64,000 nt of DNA. Source: Bigelowiella natans CCMP2755 (lineage: Eukaryota > Protista > Cercozoa). Of the stretch, positions 16,537-30,420 are shown piece by piece. Under the pieces are notes generated by a model. That model did not search any database, was not told the origin of the DNA, and saw only the letters and a program-made list of their open reading frames with translations. Location of the stretch: assembly GCA_000320545.1 (NCBI GenBank), contig ADNK01000778.1, positions 62,001-126,000 of the forward strand, in the 5' to 3' direction. The first letter of the stretch is position 1; each line of letters starts with the position of its first letter. A program made the position numbers and the translations under genes.

Positions 16537-18783
16537 ATGGTGCAAAGCACTTCTTCGAAACCATATGTCTGTCGAGGGGCGGGGAGCTCTCGTTCTAGGA
16601 GGATATGGTTGATTTTGGTTTTGCTGACCGCATCGCATCTGGGGCTGTCATCCGCGGTTGTGACGCGGGCATTGCACAACCGATTCTCGCGTCATTCCCC
16701 ATTAGCAATTTCACATTCAAGATTACCGACGACACGAACGCCAGAATTAGGCGGGACACAGTTCTTATCGACCGTGGGGCGAAAAAGTAAGGAGAGAGTT
16801 GTTGGTGGCGACCACCTCACAGCAACAACCGCTGTAGTGGCGTCTCTGGCATCTGCGGCATCATGGCGTTCGAGGATATCAATGAGAGAACAATTAATAA
16901 ATAGATTCCGCTCTTCAGCCCTTGCTTTCCCTCTGGATGCTGCTGCTTCGGGGAATGTTGCAGTAGGTTTGTTGGAAATGGCCCAGAGTGCATGGAGCAT
17001 AGTGATTGACGCTGCAGCTTTGGTAAAGGCCTCTGGCCTACAACTCACTGGTCTGCTCGTCCTTGCATGTTTCTTTTCACTCTCAGAAACTGCCATTACA
17101 ACCTTATGGCCATGGAAAATCAAGGAGATGGCACTGAAAGAAAAAGGCTCCGGAGGAGCACTTCAATCCCTCCGCAGAAATATTACTCGATTTTTGACAA
17201 CAATCCTGATCGGTGGTACCCTGGCAAACATAGCAATTGGCGCATTAATCACAGAGATATCAACAGAGGCGTTTGGACCGTTTGGCACTAGCGTGGCGAC
17301 GGCAATCTCAACCATCCTCATTGTGCTGTTCTGCGAGATCACTCCCAAAGCTATCGCCGTGCAACATCCTCAACAGATTCTTCGTGCAGTCGTAAGACCT
17401 TTGAATCTCATCGCAATTGTGCTATATCCTCTGGGAAACCTTGCGACAATACTTTGCACGAACATCCTGAAGCTGTTTGGTGTTACAGGCCCGGTTGCGC
17501 CCACCGTAACTGAGTTAGAGCTCAGGATGGTGCTTGAGGGCGCTGAGGACTCGGGCCAGCTCAAAGCGGAGGATGCAGACATGGTAGAGAACGTTTTGGA
17601 ACTTGGCGACACGACCGTGGAAAAGGTGATGACCCCCCTCGTCGACGTGGTAGCTGTAAATCAGAACGCCACGCTGAACGAGATGGTTGAACAATGGAAG
17701 AAGCACCAATACTCCCGTTTCCCTGTTTACTCGCAAAGGGTTGATAATCTGGTGGGTGTGGTATTTACCAAAGACCTCCTCAATTTCGCAGAGAAGCCGA
17801 TGAGTGTTCTCCAGAAGGCGAAGGTTAGACACATCATGGTGCAACCTCCATTTTTTGTTCCTGAGTCGATGATCGTAAGAAAGCTTCTGCAAGAGTTTCA
17901 GACGCGGAAGTTTCACATGGCAGTTGTAGTCAATGAGTACGGGGGTGTTGCGGGCGTGGTGACGCTAGAGGATGTGCTTGAGGAGATTGTTGGGGAGATC
18001 TTCGACGAAACTGACCACCCCCACCCCAGTGAATCAGCCAGCATTGTGATGTGGGGACCGGGAATATGGTATGCCAAGGGAGAGAGCAGTATAGATTCGG
18101 TAGAGGAAACATTGAAGGTCAAAATACCGCGAGGCTCTTCGGAGACGATCGCTGGCTTTGTCACCGCGAGGTTCGGTAGGATACCGATGGTTGGCGAGAC
18201 CTTCGAGACGCACTTGCAGCCCCTGGACGACAACTTCGACGAGAAACACGATGAGTACGCAGCTGATAGCCGCGGCCGTCCGGATTTTGAGATCGTAAAA
18301 CCATCGAACAAGTATATATTTAAAGTGGTTTCGACCAACGAACGACAGGTCATCGAAGTACGCATTACCTGCCCGGATCAAGCATCGGAGAGGGCGAGTA
18401 GCAGCGGTGTTGTTGCGGCAGCAGCCAAGCCGATACTCCGTCTTTCGTCGCAGGAACATAAGGAGGAAGGAGCTACTACTGATGCTGTTGCTGCTACTGA
18501 GAAAGAGTTTGGGGGGGGGGTGGAAAAAGAAGAAGGATGTTCCCAACAAGAGGAGACCGCTCAAACTGCTACCACTACTAAAACTACTACTACTACCACC
18601 ACCACCACTACTACACCTATTAGTACTGCTACTACTGCAGGAGCAGACCTGGAAGCACCACGTGAGTCTCCTGTTGACGAAAATGAACCATCACGTAATA
18701 ATTCGCCAGATCCCCAAATCGAATCGGCCGCTGCTAGTGTGATCTCATCGCAAGTAACCAACAAATCGGGGCCATCCAGGTGA
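16537..18783 (+). CDS. Intronless CNNM/CorC-family (DUF21 + CBS pair + CorC_HlyC) Mg2+ transporter with signal + transit-peptide-like leader
   Basis: FFSLSETAITTLWPWK, RFLTTILIGGTLANI, LFCEITPKAIAV, VMTPLVDVVAV, YSRFPVY, FVPES, HMAVVVNEYGGVAGVVTLEDVLEEIVGEIFDETD, ETIAGFVTARFGRIP. First ATG is 16537; the ORF track used an upstream TTG. Confidence 0.95.
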   Translation: MVQSTSSKPYVCRGAGSSRSRRIWLILVLLTASHLGLSSAVVTRALHNRFSRHSPLAISHSRLPTTRTPELGGTQFLSTVGRKSKERVVGGDHLTATTAVVASLASAASWRSRISMREQLINRFRSSALAFPLDAAASGNVAVGLLEMAQSAWSIVIDAAALVKASGLQLTGLLVLACFFSLSETAITTLWPWKIKEMALKEKGSGGALQSLRRNITRFLTTILIGGTLANIAIGALITEISTEAFGPFGTSVATAISTILIVLFCEITPKAIAVQHPQQILRAVVRPLNLIAIVLYPLGNLATILCTNILKLFGVTGPVAPTVTELELRMVLEGAEDSGQLKAEDADMVENVLELGDTTVEKVMTPLVDVVAVNQNATLNEMVEQWKKHQYSRFPVYSQRVDNLVGVVFTKDLLNFAEKPMSVLQKAKVRHIMVQPPFFVPESMIVRKLLQEFQTRKFHMAVVVNEYGGVAGVVTLEDVLEEIVGEIFDETDHPHPSESASIVMWGPGIWYAKGESSIDSVEETLKVKIPRGSSETIAGFVTARFGRIPMVGETFETHLQPLDDNFDEKHDEYAADSRGRPDFEIVKPSNKYIFKVVSTNERQVIEVRITCPDQASERASSSGVVAAAAKPILRLSSQEHKEEGATTDAVAATEKEFGGGVEKEEGCSQQEETAQTATTTKTTTTTTTTTTTPISTATTAGADLEAPRESPVDENEPSRNNSPDPQIESAAASVISSQVTNKSGPSR

Positions 18784-19588
18784 TCGATTCAACGATGCAA
18801 AAGGCATTATCAGCAAGTTTAGAAATTCTCCATCTTTGCCCTGCACACTCTTTGCCGGATTTGATAGCCCGAGATTTGCCGTGCACGGCTCGTGGCAAGT
18901 TGCCATAGACTCCATCTTCTACTTATTAGTTATAGTCAATAATGAATTATCAAGTTATTATCTCTATGTAACATAGAGCATCACGCTATTTGCACACGTA
19001 CCTATCCTTCTACACGCGCAAATGCGATGCATAAATAAAGCTTGCATGTAGACTGAATGCACAGCATTCGCATTGTCAAATGAACAACGCATGCTCGTGC
19101 ATCGGGTCGATCCATGTCTCCATGTCTAGACTCGCTGCACTTGCAGCATACGTTCCTTCGTACATATAATACACACCTGGTACTTTGCACACGCAACTGC
19201 ATGCTGTGACATTGGTCATGTGCTGATTGAATATGCATGTGACGCCTGCATGTAATCTTAGACACCTTTGTAATATGAATAGATGCCATTCTGCATGGTG
19301 CTGGCCAACACCCATAACCCATAAACCTTTGGCATGTGCTCGCGGCAGGAGGACACACAAAAAAATGCGATTCGCAAACTTGCCCACTGCGGACCTGTTG
19401 CTGAACTCAATTGCTGAAATGACTTGCTAGCTTGGCAAAAATCATTGCTAGAGCACATGTCACTGTCAAATTACATGGCAAAAAATCATTGCCTGAGCAT
19501 TGCCAACATGCGTGTACATACAATTTTATATATTATTTATACTTAATAATTTTTATGTATATTATTTGCGGCTTATTGCAGCACTTTA

Positions 19589-20825
19589 TTATAAGGTATC
19601 TTTAAGTTCGTCATCCACATTATCATCATCAGCAGCTGCACCACCATCGTGAGTGTCGTCGTCGTTGCCATTTACGATTTCTGATCCTGGCACAGCGGCT
19701 GTTTGCATAGCAAGCAACGCGGCGTAATCATCAAGCAAGTCGTCATTGGGGGCTCCTGATCGAGTACACTCCTGCTGCCATTCATCCTGGGTGAGAATAT
19801 AATATGACATATAGTCTCGGAATTCCTGCAGTTTGGGGGAGCAGAGAGGGAGGAAGGGGGAGAAGAGGATGGTGAACGTAGATCTATAAATATGCGTGTG
19901 ATATATACAACACCTGTTAGTGTACTCATCGTTCAAAATTTTGAGAATCATAACTATGTAATATGGAGGGAAGCAGTCTACAGCTTGTTTGACTATAAGT
20001 TTCACACACATCGAGAGTGTTCCAGAAGCCGTCCATGAGCAGCTGTTCCGAATTGTTGTACAACACGCGAACGTAGTACTCGCTCGTCTTTACATCCTGA
20101 GGAGGAGGAGGAGGAGGAGGAGGAGGAGGAGGGGTGTTGACAATACCGCACGATGATGAATGAACAATCACATTGAAATCTGATGATAGGGGAGCGAGTA
20201 GCGATGATATGACATCATGTTCGTCTATTTTATTAACTAAATAATCGTACAACAACAATATTTGTTATAGCGAGACCTGCGCAAGCTCGATGACGATATT
20301 GCTTGCGTATGGAGGCCAGGAGCCATCGTATATTCCAAGGGCGGATAGAATTGGCACAAGGGTGCTGTCGTGTCCCGCATAGCTAATGGATTTGTTTAGT
20401 GGACAATGAGTTAGGATAGAGCAACACTCCCCTCTATCTCTCTCTCTATCTCCATTTCTTCTTATAAGTATATATATTTTCCCAAGAATAGGTGTGGAAC
20501 GTACACAGAGAGTCTAGAGAATCCCTCCTCTTCTTCTTCGCCATCGCCACAATCATCAACTAGAGCGTACATGTCATCAAACACCTCGGAGAAGATCCCT
20601 GTGAGTAAAAGGAAGATAAATGAGCAAAAGTGCCAGCGACGTAACCACCATTCGAGCATCTATCTTTTTAATAATCAACAGAGGTCAGTTCTGAAATCTA
20701 TCCGCGCGCTTATGATGGTGTATGTAGGTTGTTTGTTTTGTTTAAAGTTGTTTGTTGCAGTGATATTGTGATGTCGTACGCCCAGTGGCAAGGCGTCCGC
20801 AATCCATATCTCCATACTGAGTACC

Positions 20826-20862
<37 letters not shown>

Positions 20863-20911
20863 TAGGATTCGTTGTAGTGGCAGTTATATACGTGTATAAA
20901 TACAATATATA

Positions 20912-20956
<45 letters not shown>

Positions 20957-22107
20957 CTAGTTGTCCCGTCGTCTGATTGTGCGATCGAAGAAGGAGGAGG
21001 AGTTAACGCACCCCATAGGAAGCCGTTGATGGCTCCGAGTCGGTCAATTGTATCCGATGTAATACCCTCAGGAAGCTGCAGATTGTCGCCTTGCAGCAAA
21101 TAGCACGTTAGCACTTCCCGTGCCTTCGTTAATTTGAAAAGCGAACAGAAGGATTATTACGCTTTCTTCATTCATCATCAGAGGGGAGTTAGAATGCTTC
21201 CTGGCGTTGACTTCGACAAGGCATGATGATATAGGATGTTTTGTATCTTCCGAGCAATACGACAAGATCCGAGGAGGAGAAATATGCGAAGATGTGATCG
21301 TACACACACACACACACATACACACATACACACATTCACAACACACACACACACACAGGCAACCCTAACTACAGTATCAATACTACGCTATCAACGATAT
21401 TTCAATGATGTTCGGAAAGCACCACTACCACCACCACCACCACCTGCGCCCACTTCGCATTGCCCTTCGGATAGCCAAGGCCTCTCATGATCTAATCCGC
21501 AACAATAAGAACAACAATAACGTGCTGAATGAAACGGCTGCTGCAGCCACAACATCTATCTATCTCCCAACTTGTAATCGCGAAACGCATGGAAGAGGAG
21601 AGAGAGAGAGAGAGGGAGGGGAAGATCTGGTGAGATCGGGAACGTATTTAAATGATATGAGAAAGACAAATAAAACATAGAGAAAACTGGGATTGAATCT
21701 CCTATTCTCTTACCTCTCTTTCCGCTTTAATAATTCTCGTGCTTTGTCGAGCTTCCGCAGCCAGTTCTCTCGCTGCAGAGATGAAGCAAGAACAACGTCA
21801 TTGGTACCATGAAACAACCTTTCGAGGTGGTTACAATGCATGTAGAAGAGAGAAGAGGTAGCTTCTGATTGCGAATGCGGTGATAATCATGATGATGATG
21901 ATGATGATGATAAAAATCTCCAGGACTCTTTCCGCTTTTCCTCCTAATCTAGCCGCACACTACTACTGCTACTACTACTACTACTACTGCTGTTCCTGCT
22001 ACTTAATCGGGTGAGAGCTGGGCAGCCGTGGCCGGAGTCGGGTACGAGTGTCTCCTCGCGAATATCACAAGTTGAGATTGGAATCTTCGTGGCTCTGGTG
22101 CGTTTGG

Positions 22108-22146
<39 letters not shown>

Positions 22147-22493
22147 CTTCAGGAGGGTAAAGACCGAGCAAGAAATTCTGCGCTGTTTGTTGTGTCCTGC
22201 GAAGATTTGTCGTTCGTGCCTTCAGCTGGCCTGGCACTGGCGTGTATCTAGAGGGAAGAGTATGCGAGAAAGAGAAGGGGAGGGGGGGGGGGAGGGGTGT
22301 AGAAATGTGTTGCTGTTGTTGTTGTTGATGATGATGATGACGATGATGATACGTTGGTCATGATCATCATCCGAGTAGTCGTCTCTCTCTCCCCCCTTCT
22401 TCCTCCCTCCTTTTCGGGTTCTTCTTACCCTAGCAGCTTCTGATTCTCGATGTACCGACGACGAAAATCTTCGCCGACCTGAAAGCAGCCGTC

Positions 22494-22534
<41 letters not shown>

Positions 22535-22610
22535 CAACAACAACAGGAGAGAGAAAGTAGTGGTAGAAGAAGAAACAGCGTGACTCTCATCCTCAAATAA
22601 ATATTATATG

Positions 22611-22644
<34 letters not shown>

Positions 22645-22974
22645 TTGTGTATTCTTTTCGCTATTCATAGATACTGCTGGTATGAATGAATTGGTGAAAG
22701 TTATGATGATGTTGTGGTTGTGATCACCCTTCGGCATTCCATGGCTCCTTGTTGCGTGAGCTGGCCAAAGGGCGCCTTTCCAAGGTCCAACGGTCGTTTC
22801 GAGACCTCCTGTGGTACTACTGGGTGAAGCTCATCCCACATACTTGCTTCCTGTGGAGGGAGGGAAAAGCGAATGACAAATATATGTATTTATATATTTA
22901 TTATTTATTTGTATATCTTTGCGTCAGTAGGGACGGCGGGGGTAGAAGCAAAAGGAATGATGATGATGTGCTTT

Positions 22975-23011
<37 letters not shown>

Positions 23012-23061
23012 ACATATCTATTAGTAAATGTTGATGGTTTTTACATATATTGGATACATCG

Positions 23062-23092
<31 letters not shown>

Positions 23093-24433
23093 AATCATAA
23101 TCATCGATAGCAACAAATAATATTATCAACTACTCATACAAGAGTACTTACTTCCAAATTCGGCAGCAATGAAGCCCAGTAGTCAAGATCCTCGGATGCG
23201 TTCAAAGCAGTGCCTACGGTACGTGATATAAAGTCGCCGTCAGTATCATCGTATATCAATATCTTTATTCTCATCTTCAAATTCATCTTGGCCTTCGTCT
23301 CTACACCATGTTTTGATACTTGTCGCTTCATCTAAGCACCAACCAACTGCTAGTACCTACCTACGGTCTGTGATATAGGTGTGCGATCTCCATGCCTCAA
23401 GAATATCGACACGTGCTGGACCTATCCACGATGGGGTAATGATGATGATGATGATGATAATGATGATGATGATAACGTTGAAGTAAATCCCCCACACTCA
23501 GTACAAGTAGTTCCGCAGGCTACCACCTCGAAGTTCTCCGGGGGGGGAGAGTAAGGGCTGTACTCCGGACTGTACGAGTGCTTCCCACGGAGTCCGTCTC
23601 TCTCTTTTGCAATGCTACCTAGAATCAGTTCGACGTTTTCTCGTTATAATCAAATGAATGTGTTAACAGGGGGTGGGGGGGGTAGACTGGATTTGATTTG
23701 ATGTTCCGGACTACCTTCCTCATTCCCCTCAAAAACTGTCTCCACCTGGGGGGCAGTGCAAAATAACAATAAAATAAATTGAAAAGGGGAGGAAGCAAAG
23801 TGCTGTATGATACGATACTTACACCGTTCAGTAATCTAATCTAAATGCAGCTAATCTCAGTGTGTGTGTGTGTGTGTGTCGTCTACTCTCCAGCAACATT
23901 ACCATCACTAACTCTATTACAATACTTCGCTCTAAATAGGCTACAACAAAACTTTACTTACCATTCCTTTTCTGTCTGGATTTTCAATCATACTAGCGAG
24001 CTCGTCCTCAAGGCCTCTGGGTGCGCGCAAGAGGGTTCTCTGTCCGATTTTCATCCGTGTGGCCGCCGATGCTACTGGTACCTCGATATTAGCTCTGCAT
24101 CCCCTCCACACTCCACTATGCTGCGGGATTATGGAGTTGCGAATAATAGAACGACGCACGTTTGTAAGTTTTGTTGCAGTAGCGGTCGTCCATACCGCCA
24201 CCAAGACCGCCGCGGCTATGAGAGTGAATGTAGAAACCTGAATATTTTGGTGATGTTACTATCCGTATAATCCTCCCTCTTCTCTCTGTGTTTTCGCATT
24301 TGCAAGTTTGAATCGTTGGAATGGATGACTCGCAACTACTGCACCACCCAAAAAATCGGCTGTTCTTCAAGCCCTACTAAGTTCTAAATCAACACACGTA
24401 TGCGAGCAGCGGTTTCTTCACGCGCCCGAGCAT
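19589..24433 (-). CDS. Histidine acid phosphatase (branch 2, ACP6/lysophosphatidic-acid-phosphatase-like), multi-exon, bipartite N-terminal leader
   Basis: FLRHGDRTP catalytic motif (about 23375-23405), GQLTQQG, RTTNLRRTQQTAQNFLLGLYP, YAGHDSTLVPILSALGIYDGSWPPYASNIVIEL, YYVRVLYN. First exon 24433-24398 (MLGRVKKPLLAY) splices in phase to VSTFTLIAAAVLVAVW. Confidence 0.9.
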
Positions 24434-24890
24434 ATCAGATGTCATCTAGGTCCCTCGAGTAAAAATTCCTTGACCCCCTCCTCCTTCTTCATGCACTCAA
24501 AACGATGTAAGACTCCTCCTCCCTACTCCAGGAAACGTGAGTAGTCCCCCTCTCTGCTGGCTCTGGCTGAATGCCAAAGATGCCCAACTTCCGCCATTTG
24601 CGCAAGTCAAAAATTTATCGATAAACTTTCCTGGAAAGATACTTTTAAGGCGATAAATTATGAACACAGGCGATTAAAATCCTGAGTCTTAGCACGAAGG
24701 CAGTCGTAGGATTAAAATACAAGGGATAGCCCGAGATAGTACCAGTATTCTGCCGAATGGAGCGCTGGGAGGAGGAGGGGAACAATACAACGAAATATAT
24801 AACTACGTGGGAGAGGGGATAGAGGACCGCAGCGAAGATGACGGGAAGAGACGGATGAGAAGTCAAAGTTGATATTCTTCCTTGGTTTGA
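24434..24890. promoter_or_regulatory. Putative bidirectional promoter (acid phosphatase / unknown gene)
   Basis: Divergent start codons 457 bp apart, SSR-poor. Confidence 0.5.
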
Positions 24891-26356
24891 ATGGAGTGCA
24901 AGCAGAGAATCAACGACCTCAAAGTGCGTACGACTCGGCATCATCGGCACGGTGTGGTCGTCGTCGTGTCCATCGTCTTGACATCCATAATCTGCCAGCT
25001 CTTCACTAACGGATCGTTGCGAACCAGGAATTTGACAAGTAGTAACCCATCATATATAACACACTCTCCATGCAAACACGAGGGAACCCGCCTCCAGCTG
25101 ATTTGCTGAGCGTGCGAAACCTAAACGACTTACTCGCGCCTGGAGAAACATGGCCCCACCTCAGATGTGACTGTTGACTTAGGTTCGAGCGATCATTCCT
25201 CGAAACCAACGCGTGAGTCTTCATCATCATATAAGTATCCTGACTTCAACGGCGAATTCAAAGCACCTAAGCTTGACAAGTCCATAACTCGGGGCCTTGG
25301 TGTGTTTGATCGAAGAAATCTTCACGCCGCAAAGGAAGTAATCATTTTTGTTGGATCTCCCGTCACATTGCCTGTGCTCTATTTCAAATTGTCACTTTAG
25401 CTTGTAGTATCAGGATAGATACACACACACACACACACACACACACTTACACACACGCACGCGCGCGCGTGCGGCAGATCACACATATGCACACCCTGCA
25501 CACCCATGCATATACGTGTTTACGTGGATTCGATCCCTTCGCATCAGAGCCAACATAGTGGGGACAGCGATATGCCTCCTGTGCCTGAGATGCAGAGTTT
25601 CATCAAGTGGATGCAGCACCAAAAGAAGCAGGTCATTGCAACAACTCAGTTTGTTTTTAGTGATCAAAGCAGCCAGTCTGTTGGTCACAACGACGGTGCA
25701 GTCTTCTCATACCATAGTCGTTGGTGTCGCCGTCGTCTATCTGCTCATTCGAATAGGCAAATTATAAGGATCCATTCAGGGGAAACTTGACCAAGGAGGT
25801 AACAGCTGCTTTTCGGAGATACGATCATCATCAAATTCCGATGTGAAGTTGAATTCGTAATCAAGATACAATCGAAACACTGCTGTATATGCATGTGTGT
25901 GTGTGTGTGTGTGTCCGTCTTAGGAAGAGGAAAAATATCTCCAAGAGCTTGAAGCTCTGAGGAAGGTCAAGTACGAGTCGCCGCTCCAACTTGCGTACAA
26001 GCTTCAACGCGAAGAAGTCAGCTCTTTACAGCGAGAGAAGAAGAAGAAGAAGAAGAAGAAGAAGAAGAAGAAGAAGAAGAAGAAGAAGAAGAAGAAGAAG
26101 AAGAAGAAGAGAATACTGTTGTTGGAAAGGAAGGGGGACGATGATGCTAGGCAGCTGCTGATCAACATCTGATTATTCCATTTTGGTTTGCAGTCTGTCT
26201 ATCTGTGCGCCCCTTGCTCATCCCCGCCCCCTTATTACTGTTAATAATGAAAATATTAACTTACTACTTATTATGCTGTGCATGATTATTAGCGGAGGAA
26301 GCTGGTTCCAGAAGGTTGGAATTACACGCACAACCCAGGTAGAGATTCGGGTAAAG

Positions 26357-26398
<42 letters not shown>

Positions 26399-26843
26399 AA
26401 GAGAGAGGGGCGCTCTTCTCTGTTCCAGCTGCTGCGACGAGAAACGACTACTACTACTACTACTACTACTACTATTAATGATGATGATAATTATTACTTG
26501 TTCATTCTCTCACTCACTCGCTCACTCACTACCACCTACTAACTACGACAGGTCTTGAGTTTGGAGGCAACCCTATGAAGGATGAGCTCTACACACTTCG
26601 ACCAACGGGCTTCGAGGCGTTTGTACCATCAGAATCTCTCCCATCATCTGACCAGGTATCTGCCTGGTTTTCTTTTTCCCGCTCTCCCCCCCCCCCCCCC
26701 CTCCGCGCTATGTTTCTTTCCTCCGTTATAATCCCCAAAATACATAATCGATAGAACGTTTTACAAAAATGAACATCATCACAATATATGTGTAAGAACC
26801 ACATGGCGCTGGCCTGAGCTGCAACTGATATATGAACATATGG

Positions 26844-26886
<43 letters not shown>

Positions 26887-27472
26887 TTTGTGTGTATGTT
26901 TGTGTACTATATGTATACCGAATATAGATATCAGAGGAGGTGGAGGAGTTTCTGCGAGAGCAGGCCAAGAAATTGCACAATGAGGCGAAACTAGAAGCCA
27001 ACAGAACCCAGGAGTATCAGCGTGAGCGAGTTACTGCCGAGATGGTTGTTTGAGTAGAAGTCCTGGAGGAAAAGAATGAATTATCACCCTCAGAAAATAT
27101 TACTATTTTAAAGAAATACTAACACAAAATGGCATCGCAAAAAAATGTGATTGTGTTTATGCTGCATGTTAAGTCTTTTTCTTCTTCGTTCTTCATCACC
27201 ATCTCCTCCTCCTCCTCTGATTCTTACTCATAACTAGCTTTCTCCTCCTCCCTTCTGGTTGGTTATGGCATTGCTGTCGTTAATAATATCGTCGATTAGA
27301 TGTACAAGGCTAACATCGATGACTTTCTCAATGCTACTGAATGGCGTGAGGTGACGCGACCAAGGTGGCGGCTGATTGATGATGATACTTCCTGTATATG
27401 TCGTCATCTCATCACAAATCCAGTAATCGTCGTATTCACAGTCTTTTCTCCTTCCTCTCCCTCTTTTTTTTT

Positions 27473-27510
<38 letters not shown>

Positions 27511-29066
27511 TCTTCTTTGTGTAGATATCATAGCAGAGCATTGGCGTGGCTCGGGGAGGAGCTGTATAACCGAACGTTCCACAAGCAGCAGGTGCTACTT
27601 CTGCTGCTACTGCTGCTGCTGCTGCTGCTGCTGTGGCGATTCAGTAGTTGCGAGCTGCTGTCTCTGGAAAACAGGGGGTGGTACAGGGCTCCTACTGATG
27701 CCGGCGGATGATGATGATGTTGATATTAATCATGATATGATGACGATGATGATGATGATGATGATGATAACGACGAAGATGGTTATGAGAGAGAAGGATG
27801 GAAGGCTTGTGGTGCAGTTGCTTTCATTGATCTTGAGGGGCTATTGTACCTGCTACTACTAATACTGCTACTATGTCACCACAACACAACAGATCTTACG
27901 TCAACTGGAAGCACATCGAGCAAACAGGACTTTCCTAAGGAATAATACAAGTAAAAACACCAACGTCGGTGCTGCTAATGATGGTATCATCCGTATGAGT
28001 GAAGGGGGTTATGAGACGCTCGTGCCGTTGGTGGACTTGAGCGAATATCGGTAGTATCTTCTCCTCCTCCTCCTCCTCCTTGCTGTTGTTCTTCTTGTTG
28101 TTGTTGTAACTGTTTCATTCACCGACAATCCATAACCCAAAGAAAACGACAGCTTTCGCTTGAAATCACCGTTGTTGTCGACGGAGGAAAAATAGACAAT
28201 TATTCGACAAATTATTACACGACTGACTGCTCTCAGCGACGACACGTGCGACGAGTACAACACAGACCGCAGTCATTTTCAAACACTGTATTATTATACG
28301 GCAATAATGCAACGATTAGGGTTCGTGATTCTCCTCTCCCCAACGACGTGGTTCACCACCGTTTCTTCCTGCCTGAATACACGTTCTACGAGCTACTGCT
28401 CTCATTTAACGTTTCAGAGGACACTGTCGCTGAGTTTGGGTCCTACATCAAGTACTCGGAAGGTATAGCCAATATTTGTTGTCACATCAACGACACCCAC
28501 TTATGATGAACACGCACACACGCACACACATTCACATATTCACGTATTCAGAATTAACTCACTCTAGTGGGATATTTCTCGAACAAATAACAATGCTTTG
28601 TCGCCGAGCAATGTCCCTCTTCCTCCTCATCATCCTCTCTCTTCACCCTACTCCTCCTCCTCCTCCTCCTCCTCTTCCTGATGAATTCCAACGTGCTGCT
28701 GCTCAGAGAAGGACTTGATCGAAGACCTTCATTTGAACGGAGTCACCATAGAGCAATGCAGTGATATACAAAATCACCTCCGCCAAGTGGCTGAGCAGTC
28801 GGTGGATTTTTTCCCTGGGGTCAAGCTTCCTAAGGTAGTGGGTGTTTCTTCATAAGAACAATAATAATAATATACACATGTGTGAACAATACGCGCGCGC
28901 GCGCACACACACACACACACACGCACATACTCATCATGAGATAGAGGATTTAGAAGAAATAGACAATGTTTAGTATAAACTGACGCTGGTAACCTGTTTG
29001 CGTTGTTCTCGTCAAACACTCATTCTCCCCCCCCCCCCCCCCTCCTTTTTTTTTTTTTTCATATGG

Positions 29067-29097
<31 letters not shown>

Positions 29098-30331
29098 ATA
29101 TCAGAGAGCCCTATATAAAGATCCTGGCAAATGCTCGGAAAGCCAAGAGTGTCCCAACTTCGAGGGCAATGGTTGTTGATTGTGTGCATTATTATGTGTA
29201 GTAGTAGCTGTGGGATGATGATGATGATGATGATGATGTCGTGTGCCCTGTTTGTTGTCTTAGGAGAGTAGTACACTATTCTACTACCTCCTCCTTCTCT
29301 CCCCCTCCCCCCCTCTTCCTGGTTTCTCTTTAGTTGTGCATGTGTAAATCAACGTACATCTGCATCATCACAAATCTGAGTAGTAGTGTCAACTCTATAC
29401 TTAGTTGTCTGTCTCTTTCACTCTGCTGTCTTCTGTACTCTCTCTCACACACTTTCTTTCTCTCTCCCTTCTCTCTCTCACCGCTAAAAACACTGATGAT
29501 CTACCTAGGATGGGTGGTGGTACTACCATCGTCACTACAACCCGAAAGGCACCCCTGTGAAAGTGGACTACGACAGGTTCATCATGCTGCAGTTTACGAT
29601 CCGGTGAGAGTGAAGAGGAAACAATAGAGGAGGAAGACTATTCATGTGTTTGTTGCGCTGCTTACGTGTGCCGCTACTCACATCTTTTAGCATAAGCAAG
29701 TCTTGTATCAACATGATACATTCTGCGCGTATCCCCCTCCCCCCCCCTGTTTCATGCTTAGCTATAGCCACACACATAGTAACCGTATCGACTATATCAT
29801 CGTATTATATCAGGTGGAGGGACTATGAATGGGAGAGGTTCGCAGAATGGGTACTATCATTTTATACTTTGTCGTCAATGATGGTGTTGGATTTCTCTTT
29901 GATTTTGTTTGCAGTTGCAGTGATAGTGGTGGTATTAGTTGAGCTGCTGCCCTCCTTGTTCTCTTCATATTCATACAACTGATGCCCTCCTCCCGTCTCT
30001 TCTTCCCTGATACTAAGGAAAAAGCTCGATTGGACGTCGATGCACCTATGTTTATCGAGCAGTTTAACTATTCTGAGGCTGACTCAAGTGAAGGAATTGT
30101 TTCTGCTTATTCGATAAAGGTATGGTAGTGATGGTGGTTGTGATAGTTCTTGCCGTTGTTATTTTCTCAGAGCGAGGAGGAGATTTTCTTGCTTCTGCTG
30201 TCTCGTAGTATCACTCAAATGCCTTCTCTTTTTGATTTATCATCCATGTTCTTCTCACATACATCATCTTCCACACCGTGTAGTAGGGACGACTACCTCC
30301 CTTATTTTCTTTTTCTAAAACAAGTAAATAA

Positions 30332-30367
<36 letters not shown>

Positions 30368-30380
30368 CATCTGTGCGTTT

Positions 30381-30420
<40 letters not shown>

